Assembly (NCBI GenBank): GCA_964473825.1
Contig: CAYYQL010000012.1
Location: forward strand, 1,561-65,560
Length of the DNA: 64,000 nt
DNA from: an uncultured archaeon
GTDB lineage: Archaea; Asgardarchaeota; Thorarchaeia; Thorarchaeales; Thorarchaeaceae
Direction: 5' to 3'
The notes beneath the pieces are model-generated. The model did no database searches. It had not been told where the DNA came from and saw only the letters and a program-made list of their open reading frames with translations. The position numbers and the translations under genes are program-made. Below are positions 10,197 to 21,500 of the stretch, one piece after another (the first letter of the stretch is position 1; each line of letters begins with the position of its first letter).

Positions 10197-10766
10197 ATGG
10201 ATATCAAAACGCATTATTTCGATGAAGCCTCCTGGGAACTAACTGACCAGACTCTTGAGATTGTGAGAGAGTATCTCAAAAACAACACTGATGTACGAGA
10301 TGTGATTGTGGCAACCACACGCGGTAACACAGGATTAGCGGCCTCCAAGGTCTTTACTGACAGAAACCTGATTGTGGTATCCCATCAAGAAGGCTTCGCC
10401 GAGGCCAATGAGAACGAACTTGATGATGAGAAGAGAGAGGAGATAGAGAGAAGCGGAGCAAAGGTTCTCACTGCCACACACGCCATGGCAGGAATAGCTC
10501 GAGGTATCAGGAAGAAACTAGGAACGTGGACACCAGCTGAACTCATGGCTGTTGCATTCCGCACTTTCTCGCAGGGAACGAAAGTCTGTGCAGAGATAGC
10601 CATGATGGCCGCAGATGCAGGGCTCGTCAGAGTTGACAAGGATGTGATATGTATCGCCGGTACAGGACGAGGAGCAGACACGGCCTGGATTGTAAGGCCA
10701 GCTTATACTAGCAGTTTCCCTGAACTGAGAATGAAAGCTTGCCTATGTAAGCCATACGAGTTCTAG
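10197..10766 (+). CDS. pyruvate kinase C-terminal (alpha/beta) domain-like protein
   Basis: [17 protein letters not shown]...[10 protein letters not shown] resembles the PK C-terminal domain pattern. About 190 aa, as in stand-alone archaeal PK_C-like proteins. Start chosen at MDIKTHYF; in-frame alternatives exist at 10149 and 10101. Confidence 0.45.
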   Translation: MDIKTHYFDEASWELTDQTLEIVREYLKNNTDVRDVIVATTRGNTGLAASKVFTDRNLIVVSHQEGFAEANENELDDEKREEIERSGAKVLTATHAMAGIARGIRKKLGTWTPAELMAVAFRTFSQGTKVCAEIAMMAADAGLVRVDKDVICIAGTGRGADTAWIVRPAYTSSFPELRMKACLCKPYEF

Positions 10767-11803
10767 TCCTCTCCGAATTGCCCTCTGAACTCCCGAAGAT
10801 ATTCCTTCTGGGACTTGGAGAGTTTCTTAGGGATTCCTATCTTTACCCGAACGAGCTGATCTCCTGCCCGCCCATCATCAGCGTGCACTCCCTTTCCCCT
10901 CATCCGAAAGAGGGTTCCCCCTTCAGTCCCGGGCTCGACTTTAATCATGCTTGTGCCCCACATAGTAGGAACTTCATGCTCTCCCCCTAGTACTGCAACA
11001 TCAAAAGGTATCTCCTCTTCAAGGTATACATGGAGACCTCTCCTCACAAAACGTTCATGGGGTTCCACTGAGAAGACGATTATCAGATCGCCGTGAGGGC
11101 CACCTCGTGGGCCTGCATTCCCGCCCCCTCTGATGCGTTGGGCCATCCCATCTTCAACCCCGGGCGGCACAGGTATTTTGACTTCCATGCGCTCAGATTC
11201 CAGGCCAGAACCCCTGCACTTGGAGCATGGATTGTCTATGGTCTCTCCTCTACCTCCACAGGCCGGGCAGGTCTGAGCAACAGTCATGAATCCACCCATA
11301 GAACGCGCTACTTGCCCTCGGCCCCTACACGTCCGGCATGTTGTCGGAGAAGAGCCGGGTTTTGCACCACTTCCACCGCATGTCTCACATTTTACTTTCC
11401 GATTGAATGCAATCTCCTTCTCAGTTCCAAAGAACGCTTCCTCGAAGGTCAGCTGGATTGTTACCCGGAGATTATCCCCCGGGGGAGGACCAGCTCGGCT
11501 TCTACGGCCCATCCCAAATCCACCAAATCCGTTGAAGAAATCACGGAAGATATCACTGAAACCGTTCATGTTGATGCCCTGGAAGTCAGCAGTGCCATAT
11601 CTGTCGTAGTTGGCTCGCTTTTCGGGATCACTGAGTACCTCATATGCCTCATTGATCGTCTTGAGTTTCTCTTCTGCTGATTTGTCACCTGGATTTCTGT
11701 CAGGATGGTGCGCCTTGGCGAGATGTCGGTAAGCCTTCTTTATCTCCGCCTCTGTGGCATTTCTGCTAACACCGAGAATGTCATAGTAATCGTCCTCTGC
11801 CAA
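10763..11803 (-). CDS. dnaJ: molecular chaperone DnaJ
   Basis: J domain (DYYDILGV...HPDRN), G/F-rich linker, four CxxCxGxG zinc-finger repeats. Confidence 0.92.
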   Translation of the reverse strand: MAEDDYYDILGVSRNATEAEIKKAYRHLAKAHHPDRNPGDKSAEEKLKTINEAYEVLSDPEKRANYDRYGTADFQGINMNGFSDIFRDFFNGFGGFGMGRRSRAGPPPGDNLRVTIQLTFEEAFFGTEKEIAFNRKVKCETCGGSGAKPGSSPTTCRTCRGRGQVARSMGGFMTVAQTCPACGGRGETIDNPCSKCRGSGLESERMEVKIPVPPGVEDGMAQRIRGGGNAGPRGGPHGDLIIVFSVEPHERFVRRGLHVYLEEEIPFDVAVLGGEHEVPTMWGTSMIKVEPGTEGGTLFRMRGKGVHADDGRAGDQLVRVKIGIPKKLSKSQKEYLREFRGQFGED

Positions 11804-11819
11804 GGAGTTTCACCTGAGT

Positions 11820-13694
11820 CTAGTCCAAATCCTCAAAGTCTACGTCAACAGCTTCGTCTTCACTCTTGTCCTCTGAAGAGGATGAAGCGCCGGCCATCTT
11901 GCTTGGATCGACACCCATCTGACTTGGGTCGAAGTCTGCCCCTCCGGGTCCTGCTGTACCAGGACCGGCATCTGCGTAGACCTTCTCCGATATTTTGAAG
12001 ATAACCTGCTGAAGCTCCTCTGTGCCGGACTCGATCTTCTCGAAGTCCTCTGCCTCGATTGCCTTCCTGAGTTCGTCTGACTTGGCTTTGAGTTCCTTCT
12101 TCAAATCGTCTGGAATCTTGTCACCCATATCCCGCACGAGTTTCTCGCCTTGGTAGATCATTGCATCTGCATTGTTCTTAGCATCAATCTGTGCCTTCCG
12201 CTTGGCATCTTCTTCTGCATACTGCTCGGCTTCGTCCACCATTCTCTCGACGTCATTGTCTGACAGATTTGTCGTAGCCGTGATGGTAATGGATTGTTCA
12301 TTCCCGGTTGCCTTGTCAGTGGCCTTCACATTCACAATGCCGTTGGCATCTATGTCGAACTCAACTTCTATCTGGGGAACGCCTCGAGGTGCAGGAGGAA
12401 TACCAACAAGCTGGAATTTGCCCAGACTCATGTTGTCTTTGGCTAGCTTGCGCTCGCCTTGGACTACATGGATATCAACTGCAGTCTGGTTGTCTGCAGC
12501 AGTTGTGAAGATCTTGCTCTTCTTTGTCGGTATGGTTGTATTGCGCTCAATCAGAGGGGTGGCGATCCCGCCCTGTGTTTCTACACTCAGAGTTAGCGGT
12601 GTCACATCAAGCAATAGGATGTCAGTGTCACCAGCGATGATGCCGGCCTGAACTGCAGCACCAAGGGCAACACATTCATCCGGGTTGATTCTCTTGTCAC
12701 CTTCCTTTCCGAAGATGCCCCGCACAGCCTCCTGAATCATGGGCATTCGTGTTGCCCCGCCGACCAGCAGTATACGGTCAACATCTTCCGCCTCCATCTT
12801 CGCGTCGGATAGAGCTCGACGAATCGGACCCAGTGTGGCCTGAACAAGGTCGTCAGTCATCTGTTCAAGTTTGGCGCGTGTGATCTCCATGTCAATATGT
12901 TTCGGACCACTCTGGTCAGCAGTGATATAGGGAAGGTTGATGCTGGTTTGCTTCACCGTGGAGAGCTCAATCTTGGCCTGTTCTGCAGCATCTCGAATGC
13001 GCTGCATCGCAGAAAGATCCTCACTCAGATCAATGCCTGTTTCATCCTTGAAGTTATCCACAACCCAATCAATAATCCGCTTGTCCCAGTCGTCACCACC
13101 GAGCTGCGTGTTTCCGCTAGTAGAGAGTACCTGATAGACATCCTCACCGATATCCAGTATGGATACATCGAAAGTACCGCCACCAAGGTCGTAGACGAGG
13201 ATTTTTAGCTCCTCACCCTCTTCAAGGCCATATGCAAGAGTCGATGCCGTGGGCTCGTTGACTATTCGCATGACCTCGAGGCCTGCAATCTTGCCCGCAT
13301 CCTTGGTCGCTTGACGCTGACTGTCATTGAAATAGGCCGGCACGGTTATCACTGCCTTCTCTACGTCTTGGCCAAGAAATGCCTCGGCATCCTTCTTTAG
13401 TTTCTGGAGAATCATCGCAGAGATCTCTTGTGGGCTGTAATCTTTGTCATCAATCTTCACTTTGTAGTCTTGCCCCATCTTCCTCTTGATTGAGCGGATT
13501 GTGCGGTCAGGCATGGAAACGGCCTGGCGCTTGGCTAGCTCTCCGACGACAATCTCTCCCTTGGGGGTTATTCCCACTACCGACGGTGTAAGCCGTTTTC
13601 CCTCTGCGTTGGGGATGATCGTGGGCTTTCCGCCCTCCATATATGCGATTGCGCTATTGGTTGTACCTAAGTCGATACCTACTACTTTTGTCAT
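11820..13694 (-). CDS. dnaK: molecular chaperone DnaK (Hsp70)
   Basis: [18 protein letters not shown] and the full conserved Hsp70 nucleotide-binding and substrate-binding domains. Acidic C-terminal tail. Confidence 0.96.
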   Translation of the reverse strand: MTKVVGIDLGTTNSAIAYMEGGKPTIIPNAEGKRLTPSVVGITPKGEIVVGELAKRQAVSMPDRTIRSIKRKMGQDYKVKIDDKDYSPQEISAMILQKLKKDAEAFLGQDVEKAVITVPAYFNDSQRQATKDAGKIAGLEVMRIVNEPTASTLAYGLEEGEELKILVYDLGGGTFDVSILDIGEDVYQVLSTSGNTQLGGDDWDKRIIDWVVDNFKDETGIDLSEDLSAMQRIRDAAEQAKIELSTVKQTSINLPYITADQSGPKHIDMEITRAKLEQMTDDLVQATLGPIRRALSDAKMEAEDVDRILLVGGATRMPMIQEAVRGIFGKEGDKRINPDECVALGAAVQAGIIAGDTDILLLDVTPLTLSVETQGGIATPLIERNTTIPTKKSKIFTTAADNQTAVDIHVVQGERKLAKDNMSLGKFQLVGIPPAPRGVPQIEVEFDIDANGIVNVKATDKATGNEQSITITATTNLSDNDVERMVDEAEQYAEEDAKRKAQIDAKNNADAMIYQGEKLVRDMGDKIPDDLKKELKAKSDELRKAIEAEDFEKIESGTEELQQVIFKISEKVYADAGPGTAGPGGADFDPSQMGVDPSKMAGASSSSEDKSEDEAVDVDFEDLD

Positions 13695-13697
13695 TGT

Positions 13698-14315
13698 CTA
13701 TTCACCTTTTTCTTCAGGGGCTTCCTTATCACTGTCACCATTGTCGACAGGGTCTTCTTGTCGATTGACACAGACCAGAGCAGGACGCAAGACCTTGTCA
13801 TGTATCATGTAACCCTTCTGATAGACCTCGACAACTATACCTTCAGGCTGTTCAGGATTGCAGACTTTAGCCACTGAGTGCTGATAATAGGCGTCAAAGG
13901 GCTCGTTCAAAGCATCTATAGGTCGAACATCCTCTTGTTCGAACAGCTTCTTCATCTGCTTCTCAATCGCCTCTACCCCCGTTCTAGCAGCCTCTGGATT
14001 ATCCTTGAAGTTCACCTGTAGAGCCCTCTCAAGATTGTCGTATATATCAAGGACCTTCAAGAGGATACTCTCACTGGCGTACTTCGTTGCCTCACTGAAC
14101 CTGTCATTCATGCGTTTCCGGTAGTTCTCAAACTCTGCCTGTACTCGCATGAGTTTCTCAAGCAGTTCATCAGCACGCTGTTCAGCCTTTGAGAGTTCAG
14201 TGGCAGTCTCCTGCTCATCAGAGTCGGGCTCTAAATCCATCTCTACTGACTCTTCTTCTTCGTCTGAGGATTCTTCTTGGTGGGACTCGTTGTGTTCCTG
14301 CATCTCTCTGCTCAC
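13698..14315 (-). CDS. grpE: nucleotide exchange factor GrpE
   Basis: Acidic N-terminus. GrpE core (FENYRKR...DALNEPFDA...HDKVLRPALV). Sits directly upstream of dnaK in a grpE-dnaK-dnaJ operon. Confidence 0.85.
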   Translation of the reverse strand: MSREMQEHNESHQEESSDEEEESVEMDLEPDSDEQETATELSKAEQRADELLEKLMRVQAEFENYRKRMNDRFSEATKYASESILLKVLDIYDNLERALQVNFKDNPEAARTGVEAIEKQMKKLFEQEDVRPIDALNEPFDAYYQHSVAKVCNPEQPEGIVVEVYQKGYMIHDKVLRPALVCVNRQEDPVDNGDSDKEAPEEKGE

Positions 14316-14329
14316 TCTGACGACTTATA

Positions 14330-14346
14330 GATGACTATCTCTAGCT
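14330..14346 (-). promoter_or_regulatory. possible TATA-like element upstream of grpE
   Basis: Sense-strand GTCATCTATAAG sits about 20-30 nt upstream of the grpE ATG at 14315. Weak match to archaeal TATA; low confidence. Confidence 0.2.
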
Positions 14347-14519
14347 AACAAGCACAGAAACTGGCCGACGGGGTTGACCTCATGAGTAGAGGACGTATAA
14401 CCCTTAGGTGACTCTAGCCGTTGTCGGAAACCACATCAGAAAAAGCTTTCGACATCTACATCTTCTTGAGCAAGCTCAATACCGAAAACAAAATCTAGCT
14501 TGCCTACTGATATTCCAGT

Positions 14520-15266
14520 ATGTTTTCAGAGAAGGATATTGAACAGGCGAGAGAACTGATTGCCAGTGCAAAGAAAGTCTGTGCTCTCACGGGCGCGGGG
14601 ATCAGTGTTGATTCTGGCATTCCAGATTTTAGATCGGAAGGGGGCCTTTGGACCAGATTTGACCCTCTCGAGTATGCTACCTACGAGAGTTTTCTTAAGA
14701 ACCCAGCCAAGTTCTGGGAGATGGGTCACTATCTTGCTAGTGTGCTTCTTGATGCTGAACCGAACCAAGCACACCAAGCCCTTGCTGACTTTGAAAAGCA
14801 TGGCACGATGATCGGAATAATCACTCAAAACATAGACAACCTGCATCAACGCGCTGGTAGCAGCAAGGTCATTGAGCTACATGGTAACTACCTTCGGGCA
14901 TACTGTATGAAGTGCGGAAAAGAGTTTGTGGGTGAGGAACTCCATCGTAGAGTTGCTGAGGGTGAGACCCCGCCAACGTGCCGCGATTGTGGAGGAGTAA
15001 TCAAGTCGGAGGCAATACTCTTTGGGGAACCACTACCTGAGGATGCCATGGAAGAGGCTCTCAGAATATGCAAGGAAGCCGACCTCATGATAGTTGCGGG
15101 TACTAGTCTTGAGATATATCCGGCCGCGTACCTTCCCCAGCTGGCCAAGAATGCGGGAGCAAAGATAGTACTTGTCAATCTGCACGGTACAAATAGAGAT
15201 AACATTGCAGATGTGGTCTTGAGAGGGCGAGCTGAAGAGATACTCCCCAGAATCCTAGAGGGATAG
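14520..15266 (+). CDS. cobB: NAD-dependent protein deacylase (Sir2 family sirtuin)
   Basis: GAGISVDSGIPDFRS, QNIDNLHQRAG and a Zn ribbon CxxC...CxxC (CMKCG...CRDCGG). Confidence 0.88.
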   Translation: MFSEKDIEQARELIASAKKVCALTGAGISVDSGIPDFRSEGGLWTRFDPLEYATYESFLKNPAKFWEMGHYLASVLLDAEPNQAHQALADFEKHGTMIGIITQNIDNLHQRAGSSKVIELHGNYLRAYCMKCGKEFVGEELHRRVAEGETPPTCRDCGGVIKSEAILFGEPLPEDAMEEALRICKEADLMIVAGTSLEIYPAAYLPQLAKNAGAKIVLVNLHGTNRDNIADVVLRGRAEEILPRILEG

Positions 15267-15267
15267 G

Positions 15268-15606
15268 TCAGACAATCACGGGGAAGAAGAACCAAGAGTA
15301 GACTGCAAGTGCCCCGGGGATAAGTATCACTCCAAAGAATATAGTGATCAACCCAACCATATGCTGATAATTATCCATTAGCCAGAGACCAAGGTAGGAA
15401 TAACCATACGAAACCACACATGCAGTGAACCCTAGAACAATGACCGGGCCCAGAGGAAAAGCAATGCTGAGGAAACCCCCCACCTGTGTCCATAAGAGAC
15501 CGAGATTCAATATGACAAAGAAGCCTCTGACGGCGAGGTAGACAATGATCGAAACCAGAAGGCCTACTTGCGAGAAGGTCAGACGTGCAGATATGCTCAT
15601 GAACAT
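15268..15606 (-). CDS. small integral membrane protein (3-4 TM), unknown function
   Basis: Hydrophobic 112-aa ORF filling the gap between cobB and the CitG-like gene. No recognisable motif. Confidence 0.4.
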   Translation of the reverse strand: MFMSISARLTFSQVGLLVSIIVYLAVRGFFVILNLGLLWTQVGGFLSIAFPLGPVIVLGFTACVVSYGYSYLGLWLMDNYQHMVGLITIFFGVILIPGALAVYSWFFFPVIV

Positions 15607-15689
15607 CAGCGAAAGAGAGTTGATTCAGAAGCCCTATTATGCTTTCTGTGTCACCTCAGTGCCACATCAGATGTGATAGGTGAAAGAGT

Positions 15690-16661
15690 GTGAAAGACCT
15701 TACCTGGAGAATCACCAGTCTTGCACAGCTCGCCATGCTCCTTGAAGTAAGTGCTCCGAAACCGGGAAATGTGAATCGATTAAGGCGCTTCTCCGACATG
15801 TCCTATCGGCATTTCTTGGCGACCATTGCATTCACAAACAGAGGTATGAAGAAGGCAGCAGAGAGAGGGGTGCTTCTCCACAGGGGCCAGATTGATCCGG
15901 GAGAGGTTGGCATCGGGGAGCTTATACTTGGCTGTGTTGATGATGCATTCTCAAGATTCAGCAAGAGCAACACGATTCTTGGTTCAATCATTTTGTACAT
16001 ACCCCTAGTGGTGGCCTCTACATGCACTATCCTAGATACGGGATCGTTTGAACCTCAGGCCCTGAGAGCATCAATAAGGCGCATTCTGGAACTGACCACT
16101 GTTGATGATACACTAAACTTCTATCGGGCATTGCGCCATAACCTCACTAGTGGTATTAGTGCAAGAATGGAGGAGTCTTGGACAGAGATGCATTCCCGCT
16201 ATGATATTGAGAATCCAGGAGTGTATCAGAATGTTTCAGATGATGAACTGACATTGTTCAAGCTGTCGAAACTTGCAAGGGATGTCGACGCAATCAGTGA
16301 AGAGTATGCAACAGCATACTCTAGAGTCATCGAAGATATCTATCCGCATCTAAAGAAGAGAATCAAGGGGTTCGAAGACATTGAGGAGGGCATCGTTGAG
16401 ACCTTTGTATGGTTTCTATCGCGACATCCTGACAAGTTGATAGCAAAGAAAGAAGGTCTAGTCAAGGCTCAACAGGTTCAGAAAAACATGCTGGACGCCA
16501 TATCGCAAATGAATGGTGAAACACGTATTGACCAAGTACTAGCCATGCTGGAGAAGCATTTCGGGGTTCAGAACAATCGTCTGAATCCGGGTAGCACAGC
16601 AGACCTCTTGTCAGCAGGTCTTCTATGCAGACTATTGGCCATGGAGTTTCTCGAAGACTAG
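15690..16661 (+). CDS. CitG/MdcB-family protein (triphosphoribosyl-dephospho-CoA synthase-like)
   Basis: LLEVSAPKPGNVNR matches the conserved KPG(L/N)VDR block of ATP:dephospho-CoA triphosphoribosyl transferases. Length of about 320 aa is typical. Confidence 0.55.
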   Translation: MKDLTWRITSLAQLAMLLEVSAPKPGNVNRLRRFSDMSYRHFLATIAFTNRGMKKAAERGVLLHRGQIDPGEVGIGELILGCVDDAFSRFSKSNTILGSIILYIPLVVASTCTILDTGSFEPQALRASIRRILELTTVDDTLNFYRALRHNLTSGISARMEESWTEMHSRYDIENPGVYQNVSDDELTLFKLSKLARDVDAISEEYATAYSRVIEDIYPHLKKRIKGFEDIEEGIVETFVWFLSRHPDKLIAKKEGLVKAQQVQKNMLDAISQMNGETRIDQVLAMLEKHFGVQNNRLNPGSTADLLSAGLLCRLLAMEFLED

Positions 16662-16843
16662 CCGAGTATTCCTGAGAAGATGACAGCGGCAAGAATGAAC
16701 AGAAGAATGCCCGTTGGTACCAGCATAATCTTACCCTCAATTCTCTTCACTGCGCGAGTTTCACGATTTGGTCCCAGATAGTAACCAAGTAGTAACAGAA
16801 GACCGAGCACTACGAGCACCAGAGTCAAACCTTCATGCGCCAT
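16658..16843 (-). CDS. small two-TM membrane protein
   Basis: 61-aa ORF with two clear hydrophobic helices. Its stop overlaps the CitG-like stop region. Uncertain. Confidence 0.3.
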   Translation of the reverse strand: MAHEGLTLVLVVLGLLLLLGYYLGPNRETRAVKRIEGKIMLVPTGILLFILAAVIFSGILG

Positions 16844-16951
16844 GGTCAGCCACTGTCACACAGGAAGGAGTGTTACTATTAACTCTAGCTGAAACAAAGG
16901 GGAAATCCCCGTGAACTGCTTTGTTCACCAAAGGATTCCATGAGTCGCCAA

Positions 16952-17224
16952 TCAAATCAGTACCTGGCGGAAAACATGCTCGTACTTCATTCGAAGCTCT
17001 CGAGTTCTCTCTAAGTCGGCAAGATAGAGGGGTTGTCTCATGTCCTGCAAGTTTGGTATCTTGCGACAGAGCTTCTGACCCATAAGCTTCCTCAGTGCAA
17101 ACGACACAGTTCTCGGGGCTAGATCAACCTTGTCAGAGATGTCTTTCGGTGTCATTGGTCCCTCATGTTGCAGCTTATCAAGTACGATTATCGCACTGCG
17201 AGGTAGTTCCAGGGACATATTCAT
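16952..17224 (-). CDS. small winged-helix DNA-binding protein (MarR/TrmB-like)
   Basis: LDKLQHEGPMTPKDISDKVDLAPRTVSFALRKLMGQKL is a wHTH recognition-helix pattern. Start chosen at MNMSLELP; the ORF track extends to 17263. Confidence 0.5.
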   Translation of the reverse strand: MNMSLELPRSAIIVLDKLQHEGPMTPKDISDKVDLAPRTVSFALRKLMGQKLCRKIPNLQDMRQPLYLADLERTRELRMKYEHVFRQVLI

Positions 17225-17442
17225 TTTTAGCACCCGACTTGAGTGTGTTGTTCCTCGTTGCATATATTTGGCATTTACAGATATAAGAGGCCGGATTTAC
17301 GCATTGTTTTGCAGCGGAGCGTATCAACCCATTGTTGATAAAGTTACTGCTTCCTGTCCGCTGTTAATTCTTAGACTGCTACCTAGGAGGCGTGAGACTA
17401 ATCAGAGTTGGTTGAAATCATGTACAACGTGGAGAACAACAT

Positions 17443-18447
17443 ATGGAGAAGTCTGATTTGAAGAAGGTCTTCGTCACCCGTGAGATACCTGAAAAAGGGC
17501 TAGCTATACTGAGAGAGGAGTTCGATGTCGAAGTTTGGGAACATAGCTGGGAACCGACCAAGGAAGAAATAGCCGAGCACGCAAGAGAGTGCCATGGCCT
17601 GGTAACGCTTCTCTCAGACCCAATTGATAGAGATGTGATATCCCTACTGCCAAAGCTTGAAGTCATATCCCAATACGCCGTGGGCTACGACAATATTGAC
17701 ATCAAAAGTGCTACAGAACGAGGGGTCATTGTTACCAATACCCCCGGAGTTCTCACTGAAACAACCGCAGACCTGACATGGGCGCTCATCATGGCGGCAT
17801 GTCGCAGGGTTGTAGAGGCCGACAGGTATGTGCGAGAAGGTGAATGGGAGGTCGGATGGGGACCGAAGCTATTGCTTGGCAAAGATGTTTTCGGCGCTAC
17901 TCTGGGAATCATTGGCATGGGACGGATTGGATCAGCAGTTGCTCGGCGCTCAAGCGGATTCGCCATGAAGGTGCTGTATCATACCCGTAGTAGAAACGAG
18001 CTTGCCATGGCAATCGAGAGAGAGATTGGGGCGAAGAGCGTATCGCTGGATGAACTGCTCTCCGAATCAGACATTGTGACAGTTCACGTTCCGTTGAACA
18101 AGTCCACAGAGAGGCTGATAGGTTCAAGAGAGATCCAGATGATGAAGCAGGGGTCCATACTTGTCAACACTTCTAGGGGAGCAGTAATTGACGAAGAAGC
18201 CCTCGCTGATGCACTCAAAAGCGGACACCTCTTCGCAGTCGGGCTGGATGTATTCATACAGGAACCCGTTGATGCAGAGAATGAACTCACAAGACTGCCC
18301 AATACAGTGGTTCTGCCGCACATTGGGAGTGCAAGCTACGCAACTCGCGACAAAATGTCAGTCATGTGCGCGGAGAATGTCATAGCAGCTCTCTCAGGCC
18401 GTATACCACCTAATGTGGTGAATCCGGACAGTCTGAGAAGAAGATGA
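17443..18447 (+). CDS. D-isomer-specific 2-hydroxyacid dehydrogenase (glyoxylate/hydroxypyruvate reductase-like)
   Basis: NAD-binding GIIGMGRIGSAVARR, catalytic R...E...H arrangement (LPHIGSAS), family length. Confidence 0.85.
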   Translation: MEKSDLKKVFVTREIPEKGLAILREEFDVEVWEHSWEPTKEEIAEHARECHGLVTLLSDPIDRDVISLLPKLEVISQYAVGYDNIDIKSATERGVIVTNTPGVLTETTADLTWALIMAACRRVVEADRYVREGEWEVGWGPKLLLGKDVFGATLGIIGMGRIGSAVARRSSGFAMKVLYHTRSRNELAMAIEREIGAKSVSLDELLSESDIVTVHVPLNKSTERLIGSREIQMMKQGSILVNTSRGAVIDEEALADALKSGHLFAVGLDVFIQEPVDAENELTRLPNTVVLPHIGSASYATRDKMSVMCAENVIAALSGRIPPNVVNPDSLRRR

Positions 18448-18534
18448 ATCACCGCAATGTGACTGGCAGTTAGAAAGAAATTCGATAAACAATATGGACT
18501 AATTCTCAGATGAGAGGCTAAAAAAAAAGGGTGT

Positions 18535-18552
18535 AGGGGGCGATTGCCCCCT
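18535..18552. terminator. bidirectional terminator hairpin between convergent genes
   Basis: Perfect 7-bp GC-rich stem AGGGGGC / GCCCCCT with loop GATT. A9 run on one side and T run on the other. Lies between the convergent hydroxyacid dehydrogenase and S8 protease genes. Confidence 0.45.
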
Positions 18553-18566
18553 TTGAATGTCTAGAG

Positions 18567-21500
18567 CTACTTCTTCTTGACTAAGAAGAGTATCAACACG
18601 ACAACAACACCGACACCAATACCGCCAATCAGACCAATCCACAATGGATCGATACCCACTGGGGGCTCTTCCGTGGTTGTGGTGGTCGTAGTTGTGGTGG
18701 TTGTGGTGGTCGTAGTTGTGGTGGTCGTAGTTGTTGTTGGCTCGACTCCACCTGCACTGAACACCTCAGACTCCGCAGAGTCAGTCAGTCCCATCCAGTA
18801 GTCAGCGGGGCCCACAGTTGGATTCACAGTAGGATCGTTGTCGAAGACAATGACCCGAATCTTGTAGGTGTCCCGCACGATGAACTCGGATGAATCCCAG
18901 ACATAGAAGGTCTGAGTGAGGTTCACTGCTACGAGCTGGAAGGTTGTACCGCTGTCCTGAGACAGATAGAGCTCGAAGTAGAGATCATCTCCTGCGTTCA
19001 GGTCGGAGGCCGTCCACGTGATGTTCTTCGTCGTGCCAGTACCAGTGACTTCTACGTCAGAGACTACTGGTGAGAAGAAGTTCTCGAATCTCAGCTCTAA
19101 GTAGTTGACCTCGAATGCAATGTTGGTCTTGGTCGTCGCCTCAACCTGCACTGAGAAGGAACCGTTCTTGAGGAACGTGTACGTATCGTAGGTCACCTCA
19201 TCGGGAGTACCAGTCGCTGATACACCAACTCGAGTGTCTACTGTCAGTGTGTACGTACCCTCTTGCAGATCGTAGTCGAAGATACCGAACATGATTGCAC
19301 CAGACCGGGCTGCAACAATCGAGCCCTGCTCAGGTTTGGCACCAGTGGACATCTGGCTGCCCAGAATGTTGTTTGCGTAGGACCAAGTGCTGTTGTCGGT
19401 GTCAGCCCACCATGCCATGATGTCACAGTCGCCGTTCGTGAAGTCAGCAGTCACCTTGACTGTGTCACCCTCATTGATGCCAGCAACGTACTCCCAGGAA
19501 AACTGATCAAGATCAATCACACCTGAGAATGGATCGTAGTTGGCGTCCGGAATGACGAGCGGGCCTGTGCCCACGTGGTAGAGACCAGACAGGAACGAGA
19601 TCCCGACTGAGTCAACCTCGTACTCGGGCATTGCCGGTAGGTTGAATTCTGGGTAGGAAGCATTGACCACAACATGATCGCCCACAAGGGTGTCACCGTC
19701 CGTGATAGTTGCCGGACTGGGCGAGTCATTGGACGTCCAGGTGAACTGGAGGTCCTGAGTGGTTAGCTCTTCGTACCACATCACTTCGACACTGTAGTTC
19801 GCAGGTAGGAACGTTGTACCGTTCACTGCAAGCGCGTGCATGAAGAGGTAGTAGTCACCAACTGGATCGGCTGGCAAAGCAGCAAGAATCGCAGTGGTTG
19901 TTGCAGTGCCGTCAGCACCAGCAGCAAGAGATGTTGCGTTCTCATCGCGTACGTCAACGTACATGTTGTTTCCGCCTTCCGGCCAGATAACACGTACACC
20001 GAGGTAGGTAGCGTTCTCTCCAGCCTCAGGAATGTTGAGCACGATGGTTCTGAAGTCCCAGTCGTCTGGGTCACCGCCCATGCAGCCGTACATCGGCATG
20101 TCATATGGGGTCAGTTCAGAGCCATATCCATCAACAATCGTCTGTGCTGTGTCTGCTGCAACTGCAATCTGTGCCTTGACCATGACGCTCCATGGGAGAA
20201 TCAGATCTCCGTCTCCATGTTGCAGGGTTACGTAACCCTGGTGCAGACCAACGTCAAGTCCACTCGTGTCGATGGTTATGTTCACTGTATTTTCAGTGCC
20301 TCCGTCAGCGAAGGTGATGGGTGCCGGAATGGGCTCCCAGAAGATGACAGTTGCAGTGAATTCATTGCCTGGTGCTGAAGCATTGACATCATGAATCGGG
20401 TCGTGGATGACCATAGTCATGTTGCCAGCCAGTGCAGCCGCAATGCTGGTGAACGCCGGAGCGCCCCAGGACATCATGTTCGTGTTGCTCGGATCACTTG
20501 CACTGGTAAGACGGTGTAGCTCATCACCGTGGGTTCCGTTCCAGAGGTTCGGATAACCATCGTTGACATCATCGTCCTCCCAGTCGTACAAGAACATCCA
20601 AGGCTCCATGCCTGCAACTTCAGACGCATCAAAGGACACACCAATCGTGACATAGCCGTAAGCAAGCTCTGCAGCATCATATACGGCAGGAGTCAGCTCA
20701 TCACGGAGGTTGAAGTAACCGTACGCAAGGTCGCCGGTCACGTTGCTGTCCGTGTACCAGTAAGTTGTACCGGTGAACTGATGGCTCTCAGCCTCTGTCC
20801 AGTAGACAGCACTTGGAGTCCAGTCGCCAAGGTTGGCAGCTGGTTCCATAGTCTGGAACGGATCACTGTAGATCTTCTGATAGATTGTTGCGGTGTCACC
20901 TGCGTAGAGGTGTCCAAAGAACAACGAACCATCCCAGAGATCAGCTGGATAATCCTCGCTCTTGTTTGCGGGAGTTCCAGTCGTACCCCACTTCTTCCAT
21001 GGATTAGCCAAGAGTGCGGCTATATTGTTCCATGAGTCGATGTTGTAGGAAACCCAACCAGTGTCCACTTCTGCGAACTCACAGGCTCTTTCGGCATTGA
21101 TTCGTCCAAAGCCTATTGATGCCGGCTCGTAACTGAACGGATCAGCGGTCTGCTGGAGAATAGTCTTCACCATGAACGGATGCTCGATGGTGATGCCTCG
21201 TGTGTTCATTGCCTCGTAGACAAGTGCTGCAACACCTGCTGCAACAGGAGCTGCTTGACTGGTACCTGCGAAGAGTGTGTACTCTGCTGTGCTAGCGTAC
21301 CAGTAACCACCTGCGGCCATGTACTGTGCAAACCAGGGCACAGCTGCGTAGCCTCCGAGTCCTGGTGCCAGAATGTCCGGCTTATTGTAGCCAGTGTAGG
21401 TTGGACCCTTGCTTGTGAAGGATGCCAGACCCTCGTATGGCTGTGTCGGACCGTAGAGGTACTCTAGCCAATGGCTGCTTGTAGAAGCACCTACTGTGAG

